From Minisyncoccota bacterium (GTDB taxonomy: Bacteria > Patescibacteriota > Microgenomatia > UBA1400 > PJMF01): a DNA stretch of 64,000 bases. Positions 39,867-48,583 of the stretch are shown here, piece by piece; positions within the stretch are counted from its first letter, which is position 1; each line of letters opens with the position of its first letter. The stretch lies in assembly GCA_003173865.1 (NCBI GenBank), contig PJMF01000012.1, positions 8,908 to 72,907 on the forward strand, written 5' to 3'. The notes under the pieces are model-generated. The model was not told the DNA's origin. It worked only from the letters and a program-made list of their open reading frames with translations, and did no database searches. The position numbers were made by a program, and so were the translations under genes.

Positions 39867-41267
39867 CTATCCCACAATCTTTAAAGACAACTCTTTTAAG
39901 AGTTCCGCGCTGACTTCACTGGGCGCGTCCATGACCGCCGTCTTCCCAGAAGAGTTCATTGGAAATGCTATCACTTCACGCAGTGAGTTTTCATTCGCTA
40001 AGATCATCACATAACGGTCGAGTCCCAGCGCAATGCCGCCGTGTGGCGGAGTGCCCACTTCGAATGCTTCAAGCATATGTCCAACACTTGCTTGAATTTC
40101 TGCATCTGAGTACCCCATTACTTTGAACGTCGCTTTCAGTAACTCAGGTCGATGTGCACGAATACTACCACCACCTGCTTCATAGCCGTTACAGACTAAG
40201 TCATATTGAGTAGTTAAAATTTGGGCGACGTTCTCACCTTTCAACAGCCACTCTTCATGTTCTGGAATTGGTGCACTGAATGGATTGTGTGTAAATGTCC
40301 AACCGCTTTTGCCATCTTGAACTTCAGCCTTATCCGCTTTATCAACTTTTTTAAAAAAAGGAAAGTTGACGACCCATGCAAACGCAAGTAGACCCTCTTT
40401 TTTTTCTTGTTCTGTGCGTAAATCAAACTTGTCAGCCCCAAATTTTTCCATTGCTTCTTGATAACTAAAAACTGGAAACTGCTCTTGTTGTAACTGTCCA
40501 CCGACTGCTTTCACTGACGACTTGACGATTTCTTCAACGGTTGACATTACATCTTCACGCTGCACAAAACTCATCTCCAAATCAAGTTGCGTAAACTCAA
40601 AACCTCTGTCGGCGCGCAAGTCTTCATCACGGATACAGCGCGCAAACTGGAAATAATTTTCTACACCAGCAGTCATTAATAATTGTTTGTATTGCTGTGG
40701 ACTTTGTGGCAGCGCGTAAAATTTTCCTGGTTGCAAACGCGAAGGTACTATAAAATCACGGGCGCCTTCTTTCGTTGATTTGGTCAACATGGGCGTTTCA
40801 ACCTCAACAAAAGATTTTTGGGCAAGATTGTTACGCAATGCAGCATAAAAATCAGATCTCAACTGCACAATTTTATGCATTCGCTCACGACGCAAATCTA
40901 GGTAACGATACTTGAGACGAACTTCTTCGTTTACTTCACGGCCGTTACCTTCAACTTGAATTGGCAGTTCTTTCGCCTTATTCAGCACGGCATACTCTTG
41001 AACGTCAATCTCAATTGTGCCAGTCGGACTATTTGAGTTAATCATTTTTTCCGGACGCGCTTTGACGAGACCATTAATTTCGATCACTGATTCTGTTGTG
41101 AGTTCGCCCATTTTCTGATAACCAACACACTGTACCGTTCCCGAGCGATCGCGCAGATCGATAAACGTTAATTTGCCATGATCACGCTTAGTACTCACCC
41201 ATCCCTTGATGGTTACAACTTGGCCAATCATCTCAACAGTTTGTTCAACTAAAGTGCGCTCTGTCAT
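39867..41267 (-). CDS. aspS: Aspartate--tRNA ligase, short form without a GAD insertion
   Basis: Class II motif region CIRDEDLRADRGFEFTQLDLEMSF and an N-terminal OB-fold anticodon-binding domain. ATG at 41267 with a GGAGGAG Shine-Dalgarno. Confidence 0.85.
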   Translation of the reverse strand: MTERTLVEQTVEMIGQVVTIKGWVSTKRDHGKLTFIDLRDRSGTVQCVGYQKMGELTTESVIEINGLVKARPEKMINSNSPTGTIEIDVQEYAVLNKAKELPIQVEGNGREVNEEVRLKYRYLDLRRERMHKIVQLRSDFYAALRNNLAQKSFVEVETPMLTKSTKEGARDFIVPSRLQPGKFYALPQSPQQYKQLLMTAGVENYFQFARCIRDEDLRADRGFEFTQLDLEMSFVQREDVMSTVEEIVKSSVKAVGGQLQQEQFPVFSYQEAMEKFGADKFDLRTEQEKKEGLLAFAWVVNFPFFKKVDKADKAEVQDGKSGWTFTHNPFSAPIPEHEEWLLKGENVAQILTTQYDLVCNGYEAGGGSIRAHRPELLKATFKVMGYSDAEIQASVGHMLEAFEVGTPPHGGIALGLDRYVMILANENSLREVIAFPMNSSGKTAVMDAPSEVSAELLKELSLKIVG

Positions 41268-41480
41268 AACTCCTCCAGATAATAATAAAAAAAACCTTTC
41301 CAACACACCGCAACAGCGATGCATTGAAAAGGTTTCTCGTTTTGAGAAAGGTGCCAACCTTTTCGGTACTTATTATGGCATTTCGGCTGCCTGCCGGGAA
41401 GTGAAACTACTGTGTCAGGAGTAGCTCGTCTCGAATGAAACTATTCCTTCGTGATTTTACTATAAAAAAAAGCTCAATTC
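41268..41480 (-). promoter_or_regulatory. Possible T-box-like leader upstream of aspS (weak)
   Basis: Minus-strand leader has AAAAGGUUGGCACC, a partial T-box with UGGC complementary to GCCA-3'. A CUACU/AGUAG stem flanks a loop containing GAC-A (Asp codon). A terminator-like CCUUUUC..GGAAAGG hairpin plus a U-run lies just before the Shine-Dalgarno. The CGCG part of the T-box consensus is missing. Confidence 0.3.
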
Positions 41481-41491
41481 TATAGGAATTG

Positions 41492-42826
41492 TCAGAGATG
41501 GTGCCAAATCTTTAGTTTCTCATCGATCCAGCCATCGTAAAATTGTTCTATGTATTGACGTTTTGTTTGTTGACCACTCAAGTATCGAAGTTGACGTTGC
41601 GCAACAAAAAATCTAGGAAGCAACGCGAAAAGCAAACTCAGCGTGATCGTTATGTACATATATGACCGTGATCTCGGTCTTTGATCAATATAATTTTTCA
41701 TAGTGAAGACATACAAAATCGCGAGAACTGCAAATCCTGAGAGGGCATATCTTGTCGATAAAGGCGGTATATACCACCAGATGATCCATTGCGCAGCTGC
41801 AAAGAAAAGTAAAAAAAGCAATGGACGACTGGAGATCATTTTGCGCCAATTCATCACAAATATTGGAGCAAATACCAAAAATAAAAGTGACGTGTAGTCA
41901 CGGGAAAAGAGGGTCAGTTCAGTCAATGAAGTCGGAAGGAAAAGTGTTCTTTGCCAAAGATATTGTCCAAGCGAAGTAGCCCCTCCAATTTCTCCTAATT
42001 TTGCTGTATGGAGATCGAAAGAATAAAAAGGATTTCCTGTGTGTTGAAAAGCGAAAACATAAAATGGCAGAGCAACGAAGAGACTCAAAGGAAAAAATAT
42101 ATTTATGGCGAATACTGGTAATAAAAACAAAGAAAATAATTTAGTTGCTAAAGAAGCACCAAAAAAAAGTGCGCTCCATATTTTCTCTGAAATTCCACCA
42201 CAGTGATCCAACACCCGCACAAGAAGCCACACGGCCGCAATTTCCCAAAACGCTTTTGCGATGTCAACGTAAAAACTACTTGACTGCCAAGCCACAACTT
42301 GAAATGTTGAAATGATCAGCACAGAGATCAGTGTCCATTGCCGATTCATGACTTCGCGGGCGAGTTGATACGATACAAACAAAAAGCTCACACCAAACAT
42401 ATACGCCACGAATTTCGCACCAATTTCACCTGCCAATTGATACCCATGAAGAAAAATTAAATCGCTCCAGAGAGGATTAAGCGATTGGTAAAAATCTGGA
42501 AGATACACAACCCTATGCAACTTTGCGAACTCTGCAACTATTGGCAAATGATACCAGACAGCATCAAAACCAGTTTCTGGCACAAAGACACCGAGCAAAT
42601 GCAGAAGCCAAATTGTTACCAGGGCAGCAATCAAAAATTTTTCTCCCCTCTGCAACGCTGGGATCAACACAACCATTTGCCACATCCATGATATCAAAAA
42701 TAAAAGTGGGATGAGTATAATTAATGAAAAAGGCGGATACAGCCAACCTAAAAAACCTGCCACGCTAGTCAAAACTCCACACCAAAAAAATGTAAACAGA
42801 TATGCAAAAAAAAGTTGTGAACGCAT
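41492..42826 (-). CDS. Polytopic membrane protein of unknown function
   Basis: 444 aa with 12 or more hydrophobic segments. No catalytic motif assigned. Confidence 0.5.
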   Translation of the reverse strand: MRSQLFFAYLFTFFWCGVLTSVAGFLGWLYPPFSLIILIPLLFLISWMWQMVVLIPALQRGEKFLIAALVTIWLLHLLGVFVPETGFDAVWYHLPIVAEFAKLHRVVYLPDFYQSLNPLWSDLIFLHGYQLAGEIGAKFVAYMFGVSFLFVSYQLAREVMNRQWTLISVLIISTFQVVAWQSSSFYVDIAKAFWEIAAVWLLVRVLDHCGGISEKIWSALFFGASLATKLFSLFLLPVFAINIFFPLSLFVALPFYVFAFQHTGNPFYSFDLHTAKLGEIGGATSLGQYLWQRTLFLPTSLTELTLFSRDYTSLLFLVFAPIFVMNWRKMISSRPLLFLLFFAAAQWIIWWYIPPLSTRYALSGFAVLAILYVFTMKNYIDQRPRSRSYMYITITLSLLFALLPRFFVAQRQLRYLSGQQTKRQYIEQFYDGWIDEKLKIWHHL

Positions 42827-42834
42827 ATAACCGC

Positions 42835-43695
42835 TTATTTAGAAATCCACAGCATGCTTAAATCAAACACTTTTGCGGAATGTGTAAGGGCGCCGGAAGA
42901 AATATAATCCACACCGGTTTCAGCAATTTGACGGACATTTTCCAAAGTGACATTGCCAGATGCTTCGAGTTTTGCTTTTTTTGCGTTGTCGGCGTTGAGT
43001 TTCACTGCTTCGTGCATCATTTCCACACTCATGTTGTCGAGTAAAATATACTCAACTCCCAATTCCAAACCAATCTTCACATCTTCGAGCGTACGCGCCT
43101 CAATTTCGATTTTTAAGTTCTGATTCGCAGCACGCGCTTTTTGGACTGCCTTAGACAGCGATCCAGCAAAATCAATGTGATTATCTTTTATCAAAATCAT
43201 GTCGTACAAACCCATCCGGTGGTTTTGCCCCCCACCACGTTGTACCGCGAGTTTATCTAATCGACGCAAACCTGGAGCGGTTTTGCGCGTGTCAAGCATC
43301 ACCGTTTTTGTTCCTTTTATCGCGTCAACAAATTGATTCGTCATCGTGGCAATGCCCGACATTCGACCCAAAAAATTGAGCGCTGTTCGTTCGGCAGTCA
43401 AAAGAGCTCGTGCGTTTCCAGAAATCTCAACCAACGCTTTTCTATTCTCCACTTGTGAGCCCTCGGTTACTTTCATAATAAATTTTACCTTTGGATCAAA
43501 CAACCGAAATGTCGCTGCAGCCACATCCAGACCAGCAACCACACCTTTCTGTTTCGCAATAATCTGCGCGCTCATTCGTGCCTCAACAGGTACAATGCTA
43601 TTCGTCGTGACATCACCTTCACCAACATCTTCAGCCAAAGCGTGAGTAATTGTTTCGAGAATGGAGGGAGAAAGTGCAGTTGTATTCATTTTCAT
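42835..43695 (-). CDS. nadC: Nicotinate-nucleotide pyrophosphorylase [carboxylating] (quinolinate phosphoribosyltransferase)
   Basis: DMILIKDNHIDFAGS and ILLDNMSVEMMHEAV motifs typical of NadC. Confidence 0.85.
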   Translation of the reverse strand: MKMNTTALSPSILETITHALAEDVGEGDVTTNSIVPVEARMSAQIIAKQKGVVAGLDVAAATFRLFDPKVKFIMKVTEGSQVENRKALVEISGNARALLTAERTALNFLGRMSGIATMTNQFVDAIKGTKTVMLDTRKTAPGLRRLDKLAVQRGGGQNHRMGLYDMILIKDNHIDFAGSLSKAVQKARAANQNLKIEIEARTLEDVKIGLELGVEYILLDNMSVEMMHEAVKLNADNAKKAKLEASGNVTLENVRQIAETGVDYISSGALTHSAKVFDLSMLWISK

Positions 43696-43701
43696 AAAAG
43701 C

Positions 43702-44451
43702 TCATTCCGGAAGCTCCATATTTAAATCAAAAAGAGCGTGCTCACCTAATTCCAATAGGCTGCGATTCAACGCAACAAATTCTTGCATTCCTCTTTGACC
43801 TTTAGAGTCATATATGTATCCATCTCCAGAATATAGTTCTCTGAGTTGAACTGTAAAGTACAAAAAAGCTCGGATATCAGCAAGTGACATCGGAGAAGCT
43901 AAAAATCGATCATAGGTCATAAATAGTGGATGGTTCTTTCCGGCTTTCTCTATATCTAAAAATGATGTTCCCGTGATCGTTTCAATTTCAGAAAATGTTT
44001 TTAATTTCAATTGCTCTCTATGAATATTAAGTGTTATGGCAATATCCGGATAAACCACTGAGATTAAATCCAACGTGTTGTCCCATGTCGCTGATTTTGC
44101 TACCTCATCATTCTCGGGAAAAACAATTAACTTAAATTGAGTACCTGCCCTAACCTTATGCACAATATAGTCTGGGTGATAACCAATTGCTAAAAGCATT
44201 TCATAACCACTTTTTCCGGGCAGTAAGGAGAGTCCGTCCGCAGCCATGAGCATAACTAACTTGCGCATGGGATCATCACTTAACATTTGAAAATCTTGTG
44301 CTGCAGTTCCGCGCAAAATTCGTCCGCATAAATGTTCTGCTCTTATTATTTCCGAAGAACGTAATGCTTCAAGATATAAACCCAAATCTGAAACTGCCTG
44401 TAATTTGTCTATATCAATATTGCTTTGAGCTTTTTTTACTTCTTTTGGCAT
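43702..44451 (-). CDS. Hypothetical protein, between the nadA remnant and nadC
   Basis: 249-aa ORF with no recognised motif. Not NadB-like: no FAD-binding GxGxxG. Confidence 0.5.
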   Translation of the reverse strand: MPKEVKKAQSNIDIDKLQAVSDLGLYLEALRSSEIIRAEHLCGRILRGTAAQDFQMLSDDPMRKLVMLMAADGLSLLPGKSGYEMLLAIGYHPDYIVHKVRAGTQFKLIVFPENDEVAKSATWDNTLDLISVVYPDIAITLNIHREQLKLKTFSEIETITGTSFLDIEKAGKNHPLFMTYDRFLASPMSLADIRAFLYFTVQLRELYSGDGYIYDSKGQRGMQEFVALNRSLLELGEHALFDLNMELPE

Positions 44452-44470
44452 AAATTTCTTAATGAATTCG

Positions 44471-45022
44471 TTAACCTACCGCCAACATCCGTTCAATTGG
44501 CAACCTTGCCCTTTCTGCAATTTCAGCTGGAACCCTAACCTCAAACTTTAAATTCATTAAACTATCCAATAACTTCTCCAACGTAATCATTTTCATAAAT
44601 TTGCATACCATGTCATCGCGCAAAGGATAAAACTTTTTCTCTGGATTTTGCTTCCGCAGTTGGTGGATAATACCATTTTCTGTGGCCACCACATATTCTT
44701 TCACTGGAGATTGTCGAACATGAGTCAACATGCCACCTGTAGATAAGATATGTGTTTTTTGTTCAGGGATTTCTTTTGTTGCCGCATAGTGAATACATTC
44801 TGTTGTGCAACCGCATTCAGGATGAATTAAAAATTCTGCTGATGAATGTTCGCTGAGTTTCTTTAAAACATCTTTTAAATTCGCGCGTGCATGAACGTGA
44901 CACTCACCCGGATAAACATAGATTTTCCGACCAGTCATTCTTGCCACATAACTTCCTAAAAATAAATCCGGCACAAAAATGATTTCCTTATCTTTTGGAT
45001 TATATCGTTCAAAATAATTCAA
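44471..45022 (-). pseudogene. nadA: Quinolinate synthase NadA, 5'-truncated (only the C-terminal ~2/3 present)
   Basis: Contains YPGECHVH, HPEC and MVCKFMKMITLEKL motifs, corresponding to the second and third NadA repeat domains (two of three Cys ligands). The frame opens with TTG and no N-terminal domain is encoded before the divergent gene at 45077. Confidence 0.55.
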
Positions 45023-45076
45023 AAATCAACTTGAAAATGAATAAGCTTATATAAACTTATTTTAATCCTAGAAAAT

Positions 45077-46198
45077 ATGCTTTATATTCCAGAAAATCCT
45101 ACAAGAAAAAACGAATTTCAAGCTTCACTAAGCGAAGTAATAAATATCTTGTTTTCAATTCATCTTCACACTTTCCAAATTGATTCTCAAAGAAAAGAAC
45201 CAAAAGAAGAGTGGAAAAAATTTATCTTAATGGTGGAAGAATGTAAGAGAGAGAATCCTAAGAAAATGACTGAATGTATTGAGGCGCTCAATCATGCAAA
45301 AACAATAATTCTCAAAGCGAGTCAGCACTGGAATGCTCCCTTGGATTTTGGAAGTGCAGAGACCTTATATCCACATTATTCCGGCCTTGACGTAACGCCG
45401 TTCGAAAAATTAAAAAAAGTATTATATGAATCACTTCGGATCGATCTTGATGATCAAAAATCACCAAGACAAGAAAAAATAAACACTCTTATAGGTTGGA
45501 TTCATGACTTAGAAAGCGAACGGTTAACTTTTTTCAATTCTAAGACTCAAACTTTCGAGACAGTAGATTTTTCCGGTGATCAGTTTAATGAAGATTTGAA
45601 AAGAGATCTATTGCAAAGAATGAAACAATTTCTTTTGAGTCAATTAGCTACAATCATTGATGAAGGTCATACGACAGCAACTAAAAAAGTAGATGCTCAA
45701 TACAGTCAGCGAATTGAGATAAAGCATGAGATTGCAAAACAAATCCTACAATCTGTGGATGCTCTTCCGTTAACTCGAGATACTATTCATCAATTAAAGG
45801 AAATTGTACACGCAAGAGCTCGGACAACGGAAGCTTTCTTATATGGAATAAGGGAGGTGGGTATAGATTCTCTTCACTTCCTTGTCCCGAAGGAAGTTTT
45901 TAATAAAGTAGTGAAAATTAAGCAAACTAAACCTCAAGATTTTGAAACACTTCTTGCCCCTTTATATATCAATGCTTACATGCACACATTGTTAGCATTT
46001 GCCGATGTCTTTTTTACTGACAAACAAATTTACACTGATCTTCACCCATCTGCATCCTTAAAACTTCAGCTAAGAAGAACTATCGAGATTATTTCCGCTT
46101 TCCAGTCCAAGTGCGGTTCTTCTTTTTCTGATGAGAAACTGAAACCATTTCAGCAGTTTGTTGCAGACCTAAAGGCACTTGTTAATCAAGAAGATTAA
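45077..46198 (+). CDS. Hypothetical protein, predicted helical and cytoplasmic
   Basis: 373-aa ORF with no recognised domain. Confidence 0.5.
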   Translation: MLYIPENPTRKNEFQASLSEVINILFSIHLHTFQIDSQRKEPKEEWKKFILMVEECKRENPKKMTECIEALNHAKTIILKASQHWNAPLDFGSAETLYPHYSGLDVTPFEKLKKVLYESLRIDLDDQKSPRQEKINTLIGWIHDLESERLTFFNSKTQTFETVDFSGDQFNEDLKRDLLQRMKQFLLSQLATIIDEGHTTATKKVDAQYSQRIEIKHEIAKQILQSVDALPLTRDTIHQLKEIVHARARTTEAFLYGIREVGIDSLHFLVPKEVFNKVVKIKQTKPQDFETLLAPLYINAYMHTLLAFADVFFTDKQIYTDLHPSASLKLQLRRTIEIISAFQSKCGSSFSDEKLKPFQQFVADLKALVNQED

Positions 46199-46229
46199 AA
46201 TACATTGAAGTGCCGGAAATGAACATCCA

Positions 46230-46405
46230 GAATTTTTCTCTTGCCCAGCGGTACTAAAAAATGGTACACTAGCCACGTGGCATTGATTGGCTTGGCAACC
46301 GGGAGTCACAAAACAAAGTGGGCAAGCAAAATGTGCAAGCCAACTAGGGTGGAACCGCGATTCTTCATTCATTGGAGAACCGTCCCTATAAAGTATAAAG
46401 TACTT
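46230..46405 (+). promoter_or_regulatory. T-box riboswitch leader (glycine-type) upstream of glyS
   Basis: Canonical T-box sequence AGGGTGGAACCGCG at 46346-46359; UGGA is complementary to the UCCA-3' end of tRNA-Gly. Preceded by stem-loops containing GGC. Confidence 0.6.
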
Positions 46406-46418
46406 TATGGAGACGTCT

Positions 46419-47813
46419 ATGTTTACATCAACCCATCCTTCCCTCGAAGATATCGTCGCCCTGGCTAAACGCCGTGGATTTGTTTTTCCTACTTCTGAAA
46501 TTTATGGCGGACTTGCCAATTCCTACGATTACGGTCCACTCGGAGCCGAACTCCTCCGCAATATTCGCAATGAGTGGTGGAAACAATTTATCCACAAACG
46601 TCGTGACATGGTTGGACTTGATTCCCAAATCATGCTTCACCCCGAAACCTGGGTAGCATCTGGGCACGTTGGTTCTTTTTCTGATCCACTCGTCGAAGAT
46701 AAAGTCACCGCAAAACGTTACCGCGCCGACCATCTTATTGAGGCTTGGCTTAAAGAACAAAAACTTGAAAGTAATGAAGTTCAAGTTGAAAATATGCGCA
46801 TTGAGGAAATGGGTGAGTTTATCGCGACCAAAAACATCACCAGTCCAGATGGCAATCCAGTCACAGAGCCACGCAGCTTCAATTTATTATTTGAAACCGC
46901 AATTGGATCAGTAGCTGGAGAAAAATCAAAAGTGTACCTCCGCGGAGAAACAGCTCAGGGAATTTTTTCAAATTTCAAGCAAATTTTAGATTCAACGCGC
47001 GTGCAACTTCCGTTTGGGGTTGGACAGATCGGAAAAAGTTTCCGTAACGAAATTACAACCGGGCAGTTTGTTTTCCGTACTCTTGAGTTTGAACAGGCCG
47101 AAATCGAGTACTTTTTTAACCCTGCTCAAAGTGACTGGAAAGAACTTTTTGAAGACTGGAAGAAAAGTATGTGGAGTTTTGTGACCGAAATACTCGGGAT
47201 TCAAGCTGAAAATCTGCGCTGGCGCCAACATACTGATAAAGAACGCAGTCATTATAGTAAAGATACATATGACCTCGACTACAACTTTTCATTTGGATGG
47301 AAAGAACTTTGGGGAATTGCTTACCGCACTGACTACGACTTGAAGCAACACATCAATCATTCTGGAAAAAGTTTAGAGTACACTGATCCCTACACTGGCG
47401 AAAAATTCGTGCCTCACGTCATTGAGCCGGCAGTCGGTGTAAATCGAATGTTCTTGATGGTGCTCAGTGATGCCTATTTTTACGATGCCGAGCGTCAAAG
47501 AACTGTTTTACGCCTAAAGCCAAACTTAGCACCGTATAAAGTTGCTATCTTTCCATTAGTCAAAAACAAACCAGAAATTGTAGCTAAGGCTGAAGAGGTT
47601 TATCAACTCTGTGCGGTTGTTGCTCCCACCGTCTGGGACGATCGCGGTAACATTGGGAAACGCTATCTTAGTCAAGACGAGATCGGTACGCCTGCCTGCA
47701 TCACGATTGACTACCAAACTCTCGAAGATAATACAGTGACTTGGCGAGACCGAGACACTACTGAGCAAGTTCGAGTCGCTATCTCCGACCTTGCCCAGCG
47801 CATCCGGATGTAA
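46419..47813 (+). CDS. glyS: Glycine--tRNA ligase, alpha2 dimeric type
   Basis: N-terminus LEDIVALAKRRGFVFPTSEIYGGLANSYDYGPLG is characteristic of class II GlyRS. ATG at 46419 has a GGAG Shine-Dalgarno 7 nt upstream; ATG at 46407 is an alternative. Confidence 0.9.
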   Translation: MFTSTHPSLEDIVALAKRRGFVFPTSEIYGGLANSYDYGPLGAELLRNIRNEWWKQFIHKRRDMVGLDSQIMLHPETWVASGHVGSFSDPLVEDKVTAKRYRADHLIEAWLKEQKLESNEVQVENMRIEEMGEFIATKNITSPDGNPVTEPRSFNLLFETAIGSVAGEKSKVYLRGETAQGIFSNFKQILDSTRVQLPFGVGQIGKSFRNEITTGQFVFRTLEFEQAEIEYFFNPAQSDWKELFEDWKKSMWSFVTEILGIQAENLRWRQHTDKERSHYSKDTYDLDYNFSFGWKELWGIAYRTDYDLKQHINHSGKSLEYTDPYTGEKFVPHVIEPAVGVNRMFLMVLSDAYFYDAERQRTVLRLKPNLAPYKVAIFPLVKNKPEIVAKAEEVYQLCAVVAPTVWDDRGNIGKRYLSQDEIGTPACITIDYQTLEDNTVTWRDRDTTEQVRVAISDLAQRIRM

Positions 47814-47826
47814 GTTGTGATGGATG

Positions 47827-48303
47827 TTATGCGCTTGCCATCCCAACTGATAAGTGGTTGTTATGTCCATGAGTGAAGTGAGTTTTTCTTCGTATTATCA
47901 CGATTAAAGCAATAATCAGAAGCACACTGAAAAGTATCGGCGAATACCAGACAAAAAGCTGTGTCCAATTTTGCGTGAAAGTAGTAATATGCGAAACTTG
48001 GCCATTTTGATCTGTGACCATAGTGACGTGATCATTTAATGCTAGAGGTGAGCTTGTTTTATCCCAAATTGGACGCTCAACTTTCACATGTTGTGGCATC
48101 ACGACTTGGGTGACTTGATTGCCTTGTTGCACTTTGACTACTGTGTTATTTATTGCCACCAGTGTGCCGTTAATCGTTGTTTGATGTTGCTGTGAAGGAA
48201 ATGCAATTGCTTGGGAACTCGGAGCAAGACTTACTGCAGTCAGTTGACCGAGTAAAAAGAAAAGAGTGAGAGAAAAATTTCGATCGTATCTTGGATATTT
48301 CAT
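47827..48303 (-). CDS. Hypothetical exported protein with C-terminal membrane anchor
   Basis: N-terminal signal-like segment and a C-terminal TM (LFSVLLIIALIVIIRRK). Gln/Thr-rich ectodomain. Confidence 0.45.
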   Translation of the reverse strand: MKYPRYDRNFSLTLFFLLGQLTAVSLAPSSQAIAFPSQQHQTTINGTLVAINNTVVKVQQGNQVTQVVMPQHVKVERPIWDKTSSPLALNDHVTMVTDQNGQVSHITTFTQNWTQLFVWYSPILFSVLLIIALIVIIRRKTHFTHGHNNHLSVGMASA

Positions 48304-48402
48304 TGTCTCTATGTTAGTGACTAAACATTAGAGCCGGTAAATAATCCTGTAAAACTTTCGTGAGAGTTTGCAGATCCTAGTGGGTTGAAGTGGATCGAAG
48401 CG

Positions 48403-48430
48403 TTGACAATCCCAGACAGTCCATTATAAT
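48403..48430 (+). promoter_or_regulatory. Sigma-70 consensus promoter (TTGACA, 16-nt spacer, TATAAT)
   Basis: TTGACA at 48403-48408 and TATAAT at 48425-48430. The sequence CAGTCC...ATAATTT is shared with the promoter at 57184. Confidence 0.5.
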
Positions 48431-48437
48431 TTCCTAC

Positions 48438-48518
48438 ATGTTCGCAGGTCTTTTATACTCTATCTCTAGTCTTCTTCTCCTTATTATTATCAAGGCGCAT
48501 CTCGCTTGGGAGAAGTAG
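48438..48518 (+). CDS. Candidate leaderless small ORF (26 aa, hydrophobic: MFAGLLYSISSLLLLIIIKAHLAWEK)
   Basis: ATG lies 7 nt after the -10. The ORF ends before the intrinsic terminator at 48543-48567. Could instead be a leader peptide or an sRNA. Confidence 0.3.
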   Translation: MFAGLLYSISSLLLLIIIKAHLAWEK

Positions 48519-48542
48519 TATTAAAGTAAAAAGAAATACACA

Positions 48543-48567
48543 CCCCTCTCAAGCAGAGGGGTTTTTT
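48543..48567 (+). terminator. Intrinsic terminator hairpin (CCCCTCT-caagc-AGAGGGG plus T6), 17 nt upstream of the 48584 start codon
   Basis: Perfect 7-bp GC-rich stem followed by TTTTTT. Nearly identical to the hairpin at 57327-57353. Confidence 0.55.
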
Positions 48568-48583
48568 GTTTTAGAAAGGTTTT

